Positions 45,120 to 54,299 of a stretch of DNA of 64,000 bases are shown here, piece by piece (position 1 is the first letter of the stretch; each line of letters begins with the position of its first letter). Source of the stretch: a phage. The stretch lies in the sequence record PV808484.1. One strand, 5' to 3'. The notes beneath the pieces are model-generated. The model was not told where the DNA came from and ran no database searches. It was given only the letters and a program-made list of their open reading frames with translations. The position numbers and the translations under genes are program-made.

Positions 45120-45862
45120 TAGTCCTCCTCTAAAGTAGAATAAAATTGTAACGTATTTGAATCATCAAAATATGCAAAGGTTAAATTACCATTGAAGCAA
45201 GATCCTGTGTCCATATATACCCTATTACTGCTAATCACAGGTTTAGGAACATAAGAATGCCCGTGAAATACATAATCTACTCCTGAAACCCTAGGAAGAA
45301 GAATTCCTTCAAGTGCGCAATCTATCATATCACGATCCCACATTAAAGATTCTGTGAATCGAGAAACTTGCTCTTTATTCATATTCAAACAAAATGGCAA
45401 AACTTCTGTCACTGGCAAATGTTCCAAAACTGAAGGATACCCACCGTGAATAAAGCCTAGTTTCATATTACGATAATTGACAACAAGTACAACAGGTAAA
45501 TCTTCTAGCATCAAAGCAAGAGCAGTTGCACCCTCTTCTCCACACTCGTCTAGAACTGTATGGCCTCCGTTCTGAAACCAACATTCGTAATATCGTCTAT
45601 CACCTTCTAGCAACCCTTTAATCATCATATCTTCATGGTTCCCACGAATAGCATAACGATTTAGCTTTCTGGTGAATTCAACAACACAACGAAAATTCTG
45701 CTTGCCGCGATCTGTAAGATCTCCTAAAGATACAACAACATCTTGATCTCGGATACCTAAAGTATTAACACCTTTCTGGTACAAATCAAAGCAACCATGT
45801 AAATCACCAATAATAAACAGGTCTTGATCATCTTTTACACTAATTTCTTGATATACTAACAT
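45119..45862 (-). CDS. Ser/Thr protein phosphatase (calcineurin-like)
   Basis: IIGDLHGC, GDLTDRG, RGNHE metallophosphatase motifs; ATG chosen one codon in from TTG. Confidence 0.75.
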   Translation of the reverse strand: MLVYQEISVKDDQDLFIIGDLHGCFDLYQKGVNTLGIRDQDVVVSLGDLTDRGKQNFRCVVEFTRKLNRYAIRGNHEDMMIKGLLEGDRRYYECWFQNGGHTVLDECGEEGATALALMLEDLPVVLVVNYRNMKLGFIHGGYPSVLEHLPVTEVLPFCLNMNKEQVSRFTESLMWDRDMIDCALEGILLPRVSGVDYVFHGHSYVPKPVISSNRVYMDTGSCFNGNLTFAYFDDSNTLQFYSTLEED

Positions 45863-46188
45863 CAACTCTCCTCAAAATCCATAAGTATAAAGATATTAAC
45901 TTTACCTTCTATATTATGTTCTACAACAAGATCTGCAAATTCTTTGTAGGCTTTTTCTTCTATTTGTTCAATGTGAGACGCTACATCTTTGTATATAGCG
46001 TCACCATCTACTTTAACAAGGAGGAATAGAGATCTTACTTCAATCTCTTTATTTTTACGGGGTAGAAAATCGACGGCTTCTTGTATACGCCAGCCGAGAT
46101 ACCCTGGAGTCCTTTGAATATCCTCCAAATGACTTTCTAAGATTTCCCTTCCTTTGTCTATTAAAGCCTGTTCTGTCGTTATTTTCAT
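45862..46188 (-). CDS. hypothetical protein
   Basis: 108 aa ORF. Confidence 0.55.
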   Translation of the reverse strand: MKITTEQALIDKGREILESHLEDIQRTPGYLGWRIQEAVDFLPRKNKEIEVRSLFLLVKVDGDAIYKDVASHIEQIEEKAYKEFADLVVEHNIEGKVNIFILMDFEES

Positions 46189-46198
46189 CCCCTTCTCC

Positions 46199-46771
46199 TT
46201 AATGTGTTAATGAAACTGCGTAGCTAAACACAGGTTCAGATATTACATCGGCTACAGTAATAAAAACGTCTTCGTCTTGAGTTGTTTCTACACGACATAC
46301 AGTTACACCATTCACCACGAATTCAACGCAATGTGGAATATTTTCACAAACGAAGGTAGTGTAAGTAACACCCAAAGCATCATACAAAGATTTAACAGTG
46401 TTTGCAAGTGCCGCAGTTTCTTCTTTTTCTGAGACAATGAATGCTGTAACAACAAGATTGTTTGCATAGTTTAGACTGTCCTCTATAGCCAATGATTTAC
46501 AAGGTAGTAATGCAAAATATTTACCTGGTTTAATCAGACCTGCTTCCCATTGATTCAAAATTGCCTGGGATGGTTTAGTAATATAAAACAGATTTTCACT
46601 TGGGTTATCAATATTACTTCTGGCGATACAACGTGAAGGATTATTAATATCAAACACATGATCAAAATCTACACAAACAGGTAAACTGAAAGGTGTGAAT
46701 TTTTTACCTAATAATCCTATGGCTGATAATATGTTTGCTGTGCTTATCTTCCCGTTAAAAGCTAAACGCAT
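46199..46771 (-). CDS. hypothetical protein
   Basis: 190 aa ORF. Confidence 0.55.
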   Translation of the reverse strand: MRLAFNGKISTANILSAIGLLGKKFTPFSLPVCVDFDHVFDINNPSRCIARSNIDNPSENLFYITKPSQAILNQWEAGLIKPGKYFALLPCKSLAIEDSLNYANNLVVTAFIVSEKEETAALANTVKSLYDALGVTYTTFVCENIPHCVEFVVNGVTVCRVETTQDEDVFITVADVISEPVFSYAVSLTH

Positions 46772-46782
46772 ATTTAACTCCT

Positions 46783-46986
46783 TTAACTAGCAACCGTAAC
46801 TTCCGAACTTTCTTCTTTCGTACTGTCTACGATATGCCTGGTGGCAATATACGAGACTTGCCAGTTACCATCTGGTGTAGTCTCAATAAGTACCCTATCT
46901 ACTTCGAGAAAATGCAAAAATTCAACCATCGCTCGCTTCGATAGGAATTGTTTTTTAACAGTCTCCTCAAAAGATTGAACTGCCAT
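46783..46986 (-). CDS. hypothetical protein
   Basis: 67 aa; GGAGGAAA SD. Confidence 0.5.
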   Translation of the reverse strand: MAVQSFEETVKKQFLSKRAMVEFLHFLEVDRVLIETTPDGNWQVSYIATRHIVDSTKEESSEVTVAS

Positions 46987-46995
46987 GTTTCCTCC

Positions 46996-47658
46996 TTATT
47001 TAATATTCAATTTTGCACAAAGACGTTGTACCGCTTTGGCATCGAACAAACTCCCACGAATAGTTCTCTTTCCTGATTCATTCAGATGCTTTGCAATCGT
47101 CATATATGGCGTTTTACAAGCTCTGTATGCAACTAAAGAATCTTTTAAAGAAAGCGCAAACTCTCTTGAGCGTTTTGCTTCTTCCGTTTTCGTATAATCT
47201 GTTCTTTTGTATTTAGGGTTTGCTGCACCAAGAAGCGTTCCCTTCGCTTTTGCTACCTTAAGGCTCTTCTTAACACGATCAGATATTGCACGAGCCTCTT
47301 CTTCTGCCAGAACTGCTAAAATATTTATTATCATATTTTCAGCGGAGGGCATAGTTGCTATTCGTACATTAATCATCTCTAACAAGGTTGCAACAGAAGC
47401 TGTGTTACGTCCAAGACGGTCAACCTTAGCAACAACAAGTGTAGCACCTGTTTCTTTGCAAAGATTAACAGCTTTTACAAGCTCTCTACGTTGCTTCCAA
47501 TCGCCTTTACCCGAATAAAACTCTGCAAAGCTACCTACAATAGTATAATTTTCTTGTGAATCCAGGAAGCGTTGAATATCTGCTTCCTGTGATTCTATAC
47601 CATACTGGTTGCCTTGTTGTTTCTTCTTAGAAAGTCGATGATATAGTACAAACTTCAT
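46996..47658 (-). CDS. serine recombinase (resolvase/invertase family)
   Basis: N-terminal YHRLSKKKQ with catalytic Ser, VAKVDRLGRN, C-terminal HTH-like segment; GGAGGG SD. Confidence 0.8.
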   Translation of the reverse strand: MKFVLYHRLSKKKQQGNQYGIESQEADIQRFLDSQENYTIVGSFAEFYSGKGDWKQRRELVKAVNLCKETGATLVVAKVDRLGRNTASVATLLEMINVRIATMPSAENMIINILAVLAEEEARAISDRVKKSLKVAKAKGTLLGAANPKYKRTDYTKTEEAKRSREFALSLKDSLVAYRACKTPYMTIAKHLNESGKRTIRGSLFDAKAVQRLCAKLNIK

Positions 47659-47715
47659 AATACCCTCCTGTTCTGTTACAGGAAGTATGCACTACCTTAA
47701 TGTTAAAGTCAACAG

Positions 47716-47919
47716 TTAAGTAGTGGTAATATCATCCTCTTGAATACCAGGGTCAACTTCTGCAAAGATAGCCTCTACAGGAATTTCTTCACCTGCTATT
47801 CTAGAAAGAAGCACTGAACCAATAGCTTTTGCGTGTTCTTCGGATTCCGCATAAACATTAGTTCCTGTGTCTTTTTTCTTAGTTTCGTTAAAATATACCA
47901 GATAGTAATTGTATGCCAT
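47716..47919 (-). CDS. hypothetical protein
   Basis: 67 aa ORF. Confidence 0.45.
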   Translation of the reverse strand: MAYNYYLVYFNETKKKDTGTNVYAESEEHAKAIGSVLLSRIAGEEIPVEAIFAEVDPGIQEDDITTT

Positions 47920-48170
47920 TATTCATCCCAATCGTTGTTACGAGCACTTTCAAGAACCTTGACAACTTCTGCATACTCTACAGCTAAACCAGCACACACT
48001 TCAGCTTGTTTTGCAATTGCTTGTTTAAAGAACATAGCGATTGCAACACTCTGTGTTGTGTGAATGTTATCTGCTTTAGTTGATACATGAAGATCAAAAT
48101 CTTCTTCATCAAAGGTGAGTTCCATAGTAACAATAAATTTCTCGGTCATAAAAATGCTCCTCTTAAACAA
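47919..48170 (-). CDS. hypothetical protein
   Basis: 83 aa ORF. Confidence 0.5.
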   Translation of the reverse strand: MFKRSIFMTEKFIVTMELTFDEEDFDLHVSTKADNIHTTQSVAIAMFFKQAIAKQAEVCAGLAVEYAEVVKVLESARNNDWDE

Positions 48171-48672
48171 AATAGAAAGGTTGAGTTAAACCCAGCCTGT
48201 TTTTTGGGTCGTAGACGTACCAAGCATATGCTGTCTTATCAGTACCACCTGCAACAAAAGATGGTCGTTCAGAAAGAACAATCAAATTTGTTGGTGGATT
48301 CTGTTTATGGAATTCCCTTCGTTTAATAGACTCTAGGAACCCAAGACGCAACAAGTATATGCAAACGTCTGCTTCTTTTAAGCTCTTTTGCAAGAACTCA
48401 AGTGCAAGTTTGAATGGGGGATTTGTGATTATAATATCCGGCTTAGTATGCCATTCGTGGTTAAAATAATCTTTCCCTTCTTCTAACTCACAATATTCTG
48501 ATCCTTCTGGAAAATGTTGATAAATTGCAGCAGCAGCGCCTTTACACGGTTCTGCAAAAATAAAACCTTCTTCTTTAAGGTTATTAAAATCTATTACACT
48601 AAATAATGCATTTATACATTTTTGTGGAGTAGGATAGTAATCAGTTGGTGGACGATCATACTTATTTGCCAC
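48163..48672 (-). CDS. small DNA N6-adenine methyltransferase (probable GTG start)
   Basis: DYYPTP and IIITNPPF motifs; GAGGAG SD. Confidence 0.6.
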   Translation of the reverse strand: MANKYDRPPTDYYPTPQKCINALFSVIDFNNLKEEGFIFAEPCKGAAAAIYQHFPEGSEYCELEEGKDYFNHEWHTKPDIIITNPPFKLALEFLQKSLKEADVCIYLLRLGFLESIKRREFHKQNPPTNLIVLSERPSFVAGGTDKTAYAWYVYDPKNRLGLTQPFYFV

Positions 48673-49090
48673 TACTTAAAATCTCCTCTTTTGTGATTTC
48701 AGGGTCTTCTTCAAAAACCATAATATCTCTTAAGAACGTTAATTCTTCCATAGATACTGGTATTGTATCTTCTTCTGTTTTTCGTTTACATAAATCGTCA
48801 AGAAAGTTTTTAAAGTTTTCTGACAAGTCGTAAAATTTCAACAGTTGATAATCACAGGAGGAGATCCTATCTAGTTCTAACATTCTTTCTAAGATATTTT
48901 CTGTGTTGCCGTACAACACACGAACTTCTCCGAAAGGGTTGACTAAATATTGTGAAGTTCTGAACCATCCCTTTTTAGATACAGTGTAACGCTGTTCTGC
49001 TAAACTTTCAATAAAATTTTTAGCTCTTTTACAGTTTTGTTCTAAAGAGTAGTAGGCTTTTTCTACAAAGTTTACAGGTACTGGTAACAT
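48662..49090 (-). CDS. hypothetical protein
   Basis: 142 aa; AGGAGGAG SD. Confidence 0.55.
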   Translation of the reverse strand: MLPVPVNFVEKAYYSLEQNCKRAKNFIESLAEQRYTVSKKGWFRTSQYLVNPFGEVRVLYGNTENILERMLELDRISSCDYQLLKFYDLSENFKNFLDDLCKRKTEEDTIPVSMEELTFLRDIMVFEEDPEITKEEILSSGK

Positions 49091-49105
49091 ATCTCCTCCT
49101 AATAA

Positions 49106-49120
49106 CCCCCCTTGAGGGGG
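49106..49120 (-). terminator. intergenic hairpin abutting RBS
   Basis: CCCCC-CTTGA-GGGGG directly 5' of AGGAGG SD. Confidence 0.4.
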
Positions 49121-49131
49121 TTTATACTAGA

Positions 49132-49785
49132 TTAATTATCAGAGGACACTTTATCAAGTTTTTCAGAGACTGTCAATACTTTTTCTTGTGATTCTTTCAT
49201 TTCTGCTAAAATACTTTCAGCTTCATCACTATCAGGATCACCAGTCAACAGCATACTAATTAGTTGCTCCTTGCTGAAGTTCAGAATATCTTCCGCTGTT
49301 AACTCCAGTTGTTCTTCGATCTCTTCGATAAAAGTTTCACCGCCTGAAAAAGCATCTCGCAGTTTTGCAACTTCCATCGCTTCTTCTGGGGTTGCCCCAG
49401 CGTCTAAAGCTGCTAAAGCAAAATCTGCCCCACTACCCACAGCATAATAATCTTCAGTTAAAGGATATGCTCGCGTTGGATTATTACCCTCGTGCATATA
49501 AATTTTACCGTCTGGGTGAACAACCAATGCCACAAACTCTTCATCTTCTTTATCAGGATCTGACTGGATCACCAAACCTGGGATTGTCTCTTGTGCTGCT
49601 TGGCATTGTAAGTTTTGTTCGAACCAAGAAAAGAAAGTCAGGATAGAAGACAGACGTCCTGCACCACCAACAAGGTAATCCCCAATTTTACGCACTTTCT
49701 TGAAATTTAAAGTGTCTACACGACTACCTACTGTTACCTTACCGTCAGACAGAATTTTGTTACGTGTTGCAATAATTGTTGTCAT
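49132..49785 (-). CDS. HslV/proteasome beta-like Ntn peptidase
   Basis: N-terminal MTTIIATR, DGKVTVG, KVRKIGDYLVGGAG, AVGSGADFALAA align with HslV blocks. Confidence 0.65.
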   Translation of the reverse strand: MTTIIATRNKILSDGKVTVGSRVDTLNFKKVRKIGDYLVGGAGRLSSILTFFSWFEQNLQCQAAQETIPGLVIQSDPDKEDEEFVALVVHPDGKIYMHEGNNPTRAYPLTEDYYAVGSGADFALAALDAGATPEEAMEVAKLRDAFSGGETFIEEIEEQLELTAEDILNFSKEQLISMLLTGDPDSDEAESILAEMKESQEKVLTVSEKLDKVSSDN

Positions 49786-50276
49786 TATACTTCCTCCTGT
49801 AGTGTTTTAAGGACTGCTTTACCACCGCTTACATATTTACGGAGGTAATCAATAGCTCTTAGTGTTTCTTTATCCACAAGAATTTTATTAGTTCTTGTTA
49901 GTGGATGATTTAGTAAATCACTGCAATTTCTTACTAACATAGATTTCTTGTGAAAGATACTGCTAAGAAAAAGAAGTTTAGAATCTTCTTCATCAATCAG
50001 GAGTAATTCTGAATTAGACCCAGCTATATTTATTATACACTCAAACAAGCCTTCTTGACTATCAGATAATTCCTGGTAATATTTAGTTAGCCAATCCTCG
50101 CCTTTTAACCAACTAAAAAACATCTGAACTTTTTGCAAAGTTGTCATGTTCTCTAAACGAAGAGATATTTCTTTTTCAATCTTGTCAATATAAATCTGTC
50201 TAAACTCATTCGGCTTAACTAAGCCAGCTTGATAGCATTCATCAATACCATTGCGATCAATCTCAATTAGCGTCAT
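49785..50276 (-). CDS. hypothetical protein
   Basis: 163 aa ORF. Confidence 0.55.
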   Translation of the reverse strand: MTLIEIDRNGIDECYQAGLVKPNEFRQIYIDKIEKEISLRLENMTTLQKVQMFFSWLKGEDWLTKYYQELSDSQEGLFECIINIAGSNSELLLIDEEDSKLLFLSSIFHKKSMLVRNCSDLLNHPLTRTNKILVDKETLRAIDYLRKYVSGGKAVLKTLQEEV

Positions 50277-50312
50277 TTAACCTCCATAACAGGCATCCTT
50301 GCCTTGTAATTA

Positions 50313-51065
50313 TTAATATACTTCCGTGATGAACTGAGACAAACGGGAACGTTGGTTATCAGCAGTTGTCATTTCAACATAACCAATAAAATCCACAATA
50401 GCTTCCCTTTCTCCTTCTTCGTTAATAGGAACAACACGATCTAACAAATCACCTAACCCGTTAGCTCTTCGTTTAATTGCATATGTTTGATTAACATCGC
50501 CCATAATGACAATACGTGTATTAAGACCTGCTCGCTCAAGGAGAAGTTTTACTGTATTTGGTGACATAAGTTGAACTTCATCAATAAGAATAATGCTGTT
50601 ATCCCACGTAGCACCTAGTGCATAGTTTGGAATATTAAGTTCAATTTTGCCACTTGCAATATCGTTTTCCAATTTATTTGCAGTCATAAACTGTTGGAAA
50701 ATTCTTTTAGTTGATTCGTAGTGTGCTGCTAGTTTATCAGTTTTATCTCCAGATAAGAAACCAATTTGATCATCACCTACTTCTGTCGGGTTTTTAAGGA
50801 AAATCAACTTTCTGAAATCACCAGCTTTAAGCATTTGCAATGCTTTCCATAGTGCTGTTGTCGTTTTTCCTGTTCCTGCTGGGGCATTAACAATGGTTAA
50901 ATCATTCCAAACCATGCTTCTTACAATAGCTTCTTGATTCCCAATAGGGGTAAATTCATCAAGACGGTAATCATCATTTCCTACTGCTTTAGCCGCATAA
51001 CGACTGGCACGTTTGTCATCATTGGCTGCTGATTGACGACGAGCCTTTGCGGTTTTATTTCCCAT
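50313..51065 (-). CDS. phoH: PhoH-like ATPase
   Basis: Walker A NAPAGTGKTTTAL; PhoH-typical length. Confidence 0.8.
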   Translation of the reverse strand: MGNKTAKARRQSAANDDKRASRYAAKAVGNDDYRLDEFTPIGNQEAIVRSMVWNDLTIVNAPAGTGKTTTALWKALQMLKAGDFRKLIFLKNPTEVGDDQIGFLSGDKTDKLAAHYESTKRIFQQFMTANKLENDIASGKIELNIPNYALGATWDNSIILIDEVQLMSPNTVKLLLERAGLNTRIVIMGDVNQTYAIKRRANGLGDLLDRVVPINEEGEREAIVDFIGYVEMTTADNQRSRLSQFITEVY

Positions 51066-51084
51066 GTTTGCACTCCTTATAAAA

Positions 51085-51098
51085 GGGGCTTTCGCCCC
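51085..51098 (-). terminator. intergenic GNRA-loop hairpin (attenuator-like) abutting RBS
   Basis: minus-strand RNA GGGGCGAAAGCCCC then UUUUAUAAGGAG and phoH ATG; identical to 39798 element. Confidence 0.45.
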
Positions 51099-51103
51099 TT
51101 TGT

Positions 51104-51604
51104 TTAGTTATAAGCGTCTAATGTTCCAGTTTTAAGTACCTGAATTACACGCTCTGCGCGATTAGGCGTTTGGCGATACCATTTACTTTTACGTAAATTT
51201 ATAGAGGCTTGAGTATAATATGAATTACTCACTAAAGTCAAGCTATTTTTGAAAGATTCTGCACCTTTCAATCCCATTTGAAATACCATATTAATAATAG
51301 CCATTTTACGATTAGGACTTACTTTATCGTAAATAGGAGATAATATGGTACTTGAATGGATTTGTTGTATCGCTTTCTTTACGTCACTCTCAAAGATTTT
51401 TCTAGCTTCCGCTTCAGTAATAACTCCATTGGTTTTTCTACCTACTAAGTTATCAAGAATGCGTATAGCTTCTGCTTTATCTTTGCGTTTTGTCAGAAGG
51501 TGTCCAATACCAACTGTCCAATACCCTTCGGTATCAGGATATACAGTTAGCTTTAGTCCTTCATCAAAACGTAACATATCAAACACATCAACTACCTTAG
51601 CCAT
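51104..51604 (-). CDS. T4-type lysozyme (endolysin)
   Basis: MLRFDEGLKLTVYPDTEGYWTVGIGHLL and NMVFQMG close to T4 lysozyme. Confidence 0.9.
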   Translation of the reverse strand: MAKVVDVFDMLRFDEGLKLTVYPDTEGYWTVGIGHLLTKRKDKAEAIRILDNLVGRKTNGVITEAEARKIFESDVKKAIQQIHSSTILSPIYDKVSPNRKMAIINMVFQMGLKGAESFKNSLTLVSNSYYTQASINLRKSKWYRQTPNRAERVIQVLKTGTLDAYN

Positions 51605-51616
51605 GTTTTCCTTATA

Positions 51617-51760
51617 TCAGTCGCCCTCCCCATGATCTAGCTCTTGAAACAGTAGGTGTTCAGGAGACATTTCACGTTTAGGCTTCGTCTTTTTAGTTTG
51701 GGACTTAAGCTCTGTTGCCAAAGCACGAGAAAAGATCTTACGTTTCTGTTTACCTTTCAT
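51617..51760 (-). CDS. small basic protein (47 aa)
   Basis: hand-translated MKGKQKRKIFSRALATELKSQTKKTKPKREMSPEHLLFQELDHGEGD; GGAG SD. Confidence 0.35.
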   Translation of the reverse strand: MKGKQKRKIFSRALATELKSQTKKTKPKREMSPEHLLFQELDHGEGD

Positions 51761-51764
51761 ATTG

Positions 51765-52025
51765 TTACTCCGCAATCTGAGCCATGAATTCACGTAGTTC
51801 AGAAAAACCTCCTACGTGGGTTAGCTGTTCACCATCTTCCACAAAAATCTGAGGAAATGTGCGTGGTAGAACACCTGTTTTCTCTAAAACCAGATTCTGA
51901 ATCTGATCTAAAGAATAGTCTTCATCTAAGGTAAGGTATTTAAAATCCTGTTCACGCTGTTCTAGTAGAATCTTAGCGTTAGTGCAGAAAGGACAATTTG
52001 GTTTACCGTAGATAATAAAATTCAT
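51765..52025 (-). CDS. glutaredoxin-like protein
   Basis: CPFC active site; start set to ATG (MNFIIYGKPNCPFC) with AAGGAG SD. Confidence 0.8.
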   Translation of the reverse strand: MNFIIYGKPNCPFCTNAKILLEQREQDFKYLTLDEDYSLDQIQNLVLEKTGVLPRTFPQIFVEDGEQLTHVGGFSELREFMAQIAE

Positions 52026-52027
52026 TT

Positions 52028-52858
52028 TCACTCCTTGTTTAAAAGTATAGTTAAAGTTCTTACAATACCGCTATCAACACTTCGCGGATTTAAAGTAGGA
52101 TCTGTTTTTAAATAAGATGTTGCTGGTCTGACTGCTTTGGAATTATAGGTTGAAGCAGACACAGGATTAACTGTAACAGATAAATCTATAACAAGAAATA
52201 TCTTTCGTGCAAAATCATACCAAGAAATATAATCTGCACCTGCATAGTGTACAATTTTACTATTTACACCATCTTTTACAAGTTTAAAAATTGTTTCTGC
52301 AAGATCAGGTGCATAAGTAGGACATGATAAATGATCACATACTACATTAAATTCTTTTTGACCACCGTTGTAGCGTTCCAACATAGTTTTCAAAAAGTTA
52401 TGTCCAAATTCACTATAAACAGAAGCTGTTCTGATAATAAGTGCTGTAGGACAAACTGTTTGTACTAAAGTTTCACCTAATTGTTTACTGTAACCGTAGG
52501 TGTTCAAGGGGTTTGTTTTACTATCTTCTGTGCCAGCAACATGCCCATCAAAAACATAGTCTGTTGAAATATGTACAAACTGTATCAGTAAATCATTACA
52601 TGCTTTGGCAATGTTTGTTGCACCGTATGCATTAACATTTATACAGGTGTTAACATCTTCTTCAGCTTTATCTACTGCCGTGTAAGCCGCACAATTCACA
52701 ACAACATCAGGCACATGCTGTACAAGACTATTCATAACATCTTTAAAGTTGGTAATGTCTATATCACTTGCTTCAATCAAAACAACATCTTCTGGTGCAA
52801 CTTTTGCCAAAGATTGTCCTAATTGACCTTTTGATCCAAAGACTAAAAATTTTGTCAA
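52028..52858 (-). CDS. rmlD: dTDP-4-dehydrorhamnose reductase (probable TTG start)
   Basis: N-terminal FGSKGQLGQ Rossmann motif; typical RmlD length; AAGGAG SD. Confidence 0.8.
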   Translation of the reverse strand: MTKFLVFGSKGQLGQSLAKVAPEDVVLIEASDIDITNFKDVMNSLVQHVPDVVVNCAAYTAVDKAEEDVNTCINVNAYGATNIAKACNDLLIQFVHISTDYVFDGHVAGTEDSKTNPLNTYGYSKQLGETLVQTVCPTALIIRTASVYSEFGHNFLKTMLERYNGGQKEFNVVCDHLSCPTYAPDLAETIFKLVKDGVNSKIVHYAGADYISWYDFARKIFLVIDLSVTVNPVSASTYNSKAVRPATSYLKTDPTLNPRSVDSGIVRTLTILLNKE

Positions 52859-53409
52859 AGTATGATCTCCTTTAGTGTTTTTGCTTCCTGATCTTTTTGT
52901 GACAAGATAGGTTTAAAATTAATATCATTAAAGATTAAATCAAAACCCCAATCTATATTGATATCTGGATCATTCCACGCAAGACTACATTCTGAAGTCG
53001 GATCGTAATATTCTGTACATTTATATTCAAAATCAGCAATATCGCTAATCACAACAAAGCCATGAGCGAAACCAGGAGGAATCCAAAATTGTGTTTTATT
53101 CTTTTCAGATAAGAGAACACCTACCCATTCTCCAAATGTTGGACTACCAACCCTAATATCTACAGCAACATCATAAACTTCACCACGAACACAGCGTACT
53201 AACTTCCCTTGTGGGTTTTTCTTTTGAAAATGAAGCCCACGTAGAACTCCTCGGATAGAACGTGAATGGTTATCTTGGACAAAGTTTTGTTTACCTATGT
53301 ATTGATCATATAAAGCCTGATTAAAACTTTCTAAGAAAAAGCCACGTTCATCTCCGTAAACGTCAGGTTGAATGATCAACAAATCTTCGATTTTTGTTGC
53401 TTGAATCAT
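52855..53409 (-). CDS. rmlC: dTDP-4-dehydrorhamnose 3,5-epimerase
   Basis: GDERGFFLESF, RGLHFQ and cupin-type motifs. Confidence 0.85.
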   Translation of the reverse strand: MIQATKIEDLLIIQPDVYGDERGFFLESFNQALYDQYIGKQNFVQDNHSRSIRGVLRGLHFQKKNPQGKLVRCVRGEVYDVAVDIRVGSPTFGEWVGVLLSEKNKTQFWIPPGFAHGFVVISDIADFEYKCTEYYDPTSECSLAWNDPDINIDWGFDLIFNDINFKPILSQKDQEAKTLKEIIL

Positions 53410-53421
53410 TTAATTCCCCTT

Positions 53422-54291
53422 TTATTTTAATTTAAGTAAATACTTACCGTAGTCTGTTTTACTTAAAACCTCTCCAGAACTTTTTACAGAGTCTAAAGTA
53501 ATCCATTCATTTTTAAAAGCAATCTCTTCCAGGCATGCAACCTTCATACCTTGTTGCTTCTCTATTGCATGAACAAATTGAGATGCTTCCATAAGACTTT
53601 CATGTGTTCCTGTATCCAGCCAAGTGAAACCTCTTCCTAGCTTACAGACACGTAAAGCCTTTTCTTTCCAGTACATCTCATTTATATCTGTGATCTCTAA
53701 CTCCCCTCTAGCAGAAGGCTTAACGCTTTTAGCTTTCTGTATAACAGAATTATCGTAAAAGTACAAGCCTGTAATTGCATAGTTGCTTTTTGGTGCTTTT
53801 GGTTTTTCTTCAATACTTACTACTGTACCTTCAGAATCAAACTCAACAACACCAAATCTTTCAGGATCATTTACGTGATACCCAAAAATATTAGCTCCAC
53901 CATTCTTTTCAATATGTTCTCTAGCAGAATCTAAAATGCTACCAAAACTCTGACCAAAGAATAAATTATCACCTAGAACAAGTGCTACAGAATCTTCACC
54001 AATAAAGCTCTCACCAATAATAAACGCTTCTGCTAAACCTTTTGGGCTGTCCTGTATTGCATACTGTAGGGAAACACCAAAAGAAGAACCATCACCTAGA
54101 AGATTTACAAAATTAATTTGATCTTCTGGTGTTGTAATTATTAGTATTTCCCTAATTCCAGAAAGCATTAGGACAGAGAGTGGATAATAAATCATAGGTT
54201 TATCGTAAATTGGTAATAGTTGTTTACTAACCCCTTTAGTAACTGGGTAAAGTCTTGTCCCACTACCACCCGCTAAGATAATACCTTTCAT
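53422..54291 (-). CDS. rmlA: glucose-1-phosphate thymidylyltransferase
   Basis: [18 protein letters not shown]...[16 protein letters not shown]. Confidence 0.9.
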   Translation of the reverse strand: MKGIILAGGSGTRLYPVTKGVSKQLLPIYDKPMIYYPLSVLMLSGIREILIITTPEDQINFVNLLGDGSSFGVSLQYAIQDSPKGLAEAFIIGESFIGEDSVALVLGDNLFFGQSFGSILDSAREHIEKNGGANIFGYHVNDPERFGVVEFDSEGTVVSIEEKPKAPKSNYAITGLYFYDNSVIQKAKSVKPSARGELEITDINEMYWKEKALRVCKLGRGFTWLDTGTHESLMEASQFVHAIEKQQGMKVACLEEIAFKNEWITLDSVKSSGEVLSKTDYGKYLLKLK

Positions 54292-54299
54292 ACTCCTCC

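Noticed and set aside
46996-47658. Prophage integrase marking a lysogeny module
   Set aside because: The recombinase is a small resolvase/invertase-type serine recombinase with no large C-terminal domain, and no repressor, attachment site or other lysogeny gene is nearby.
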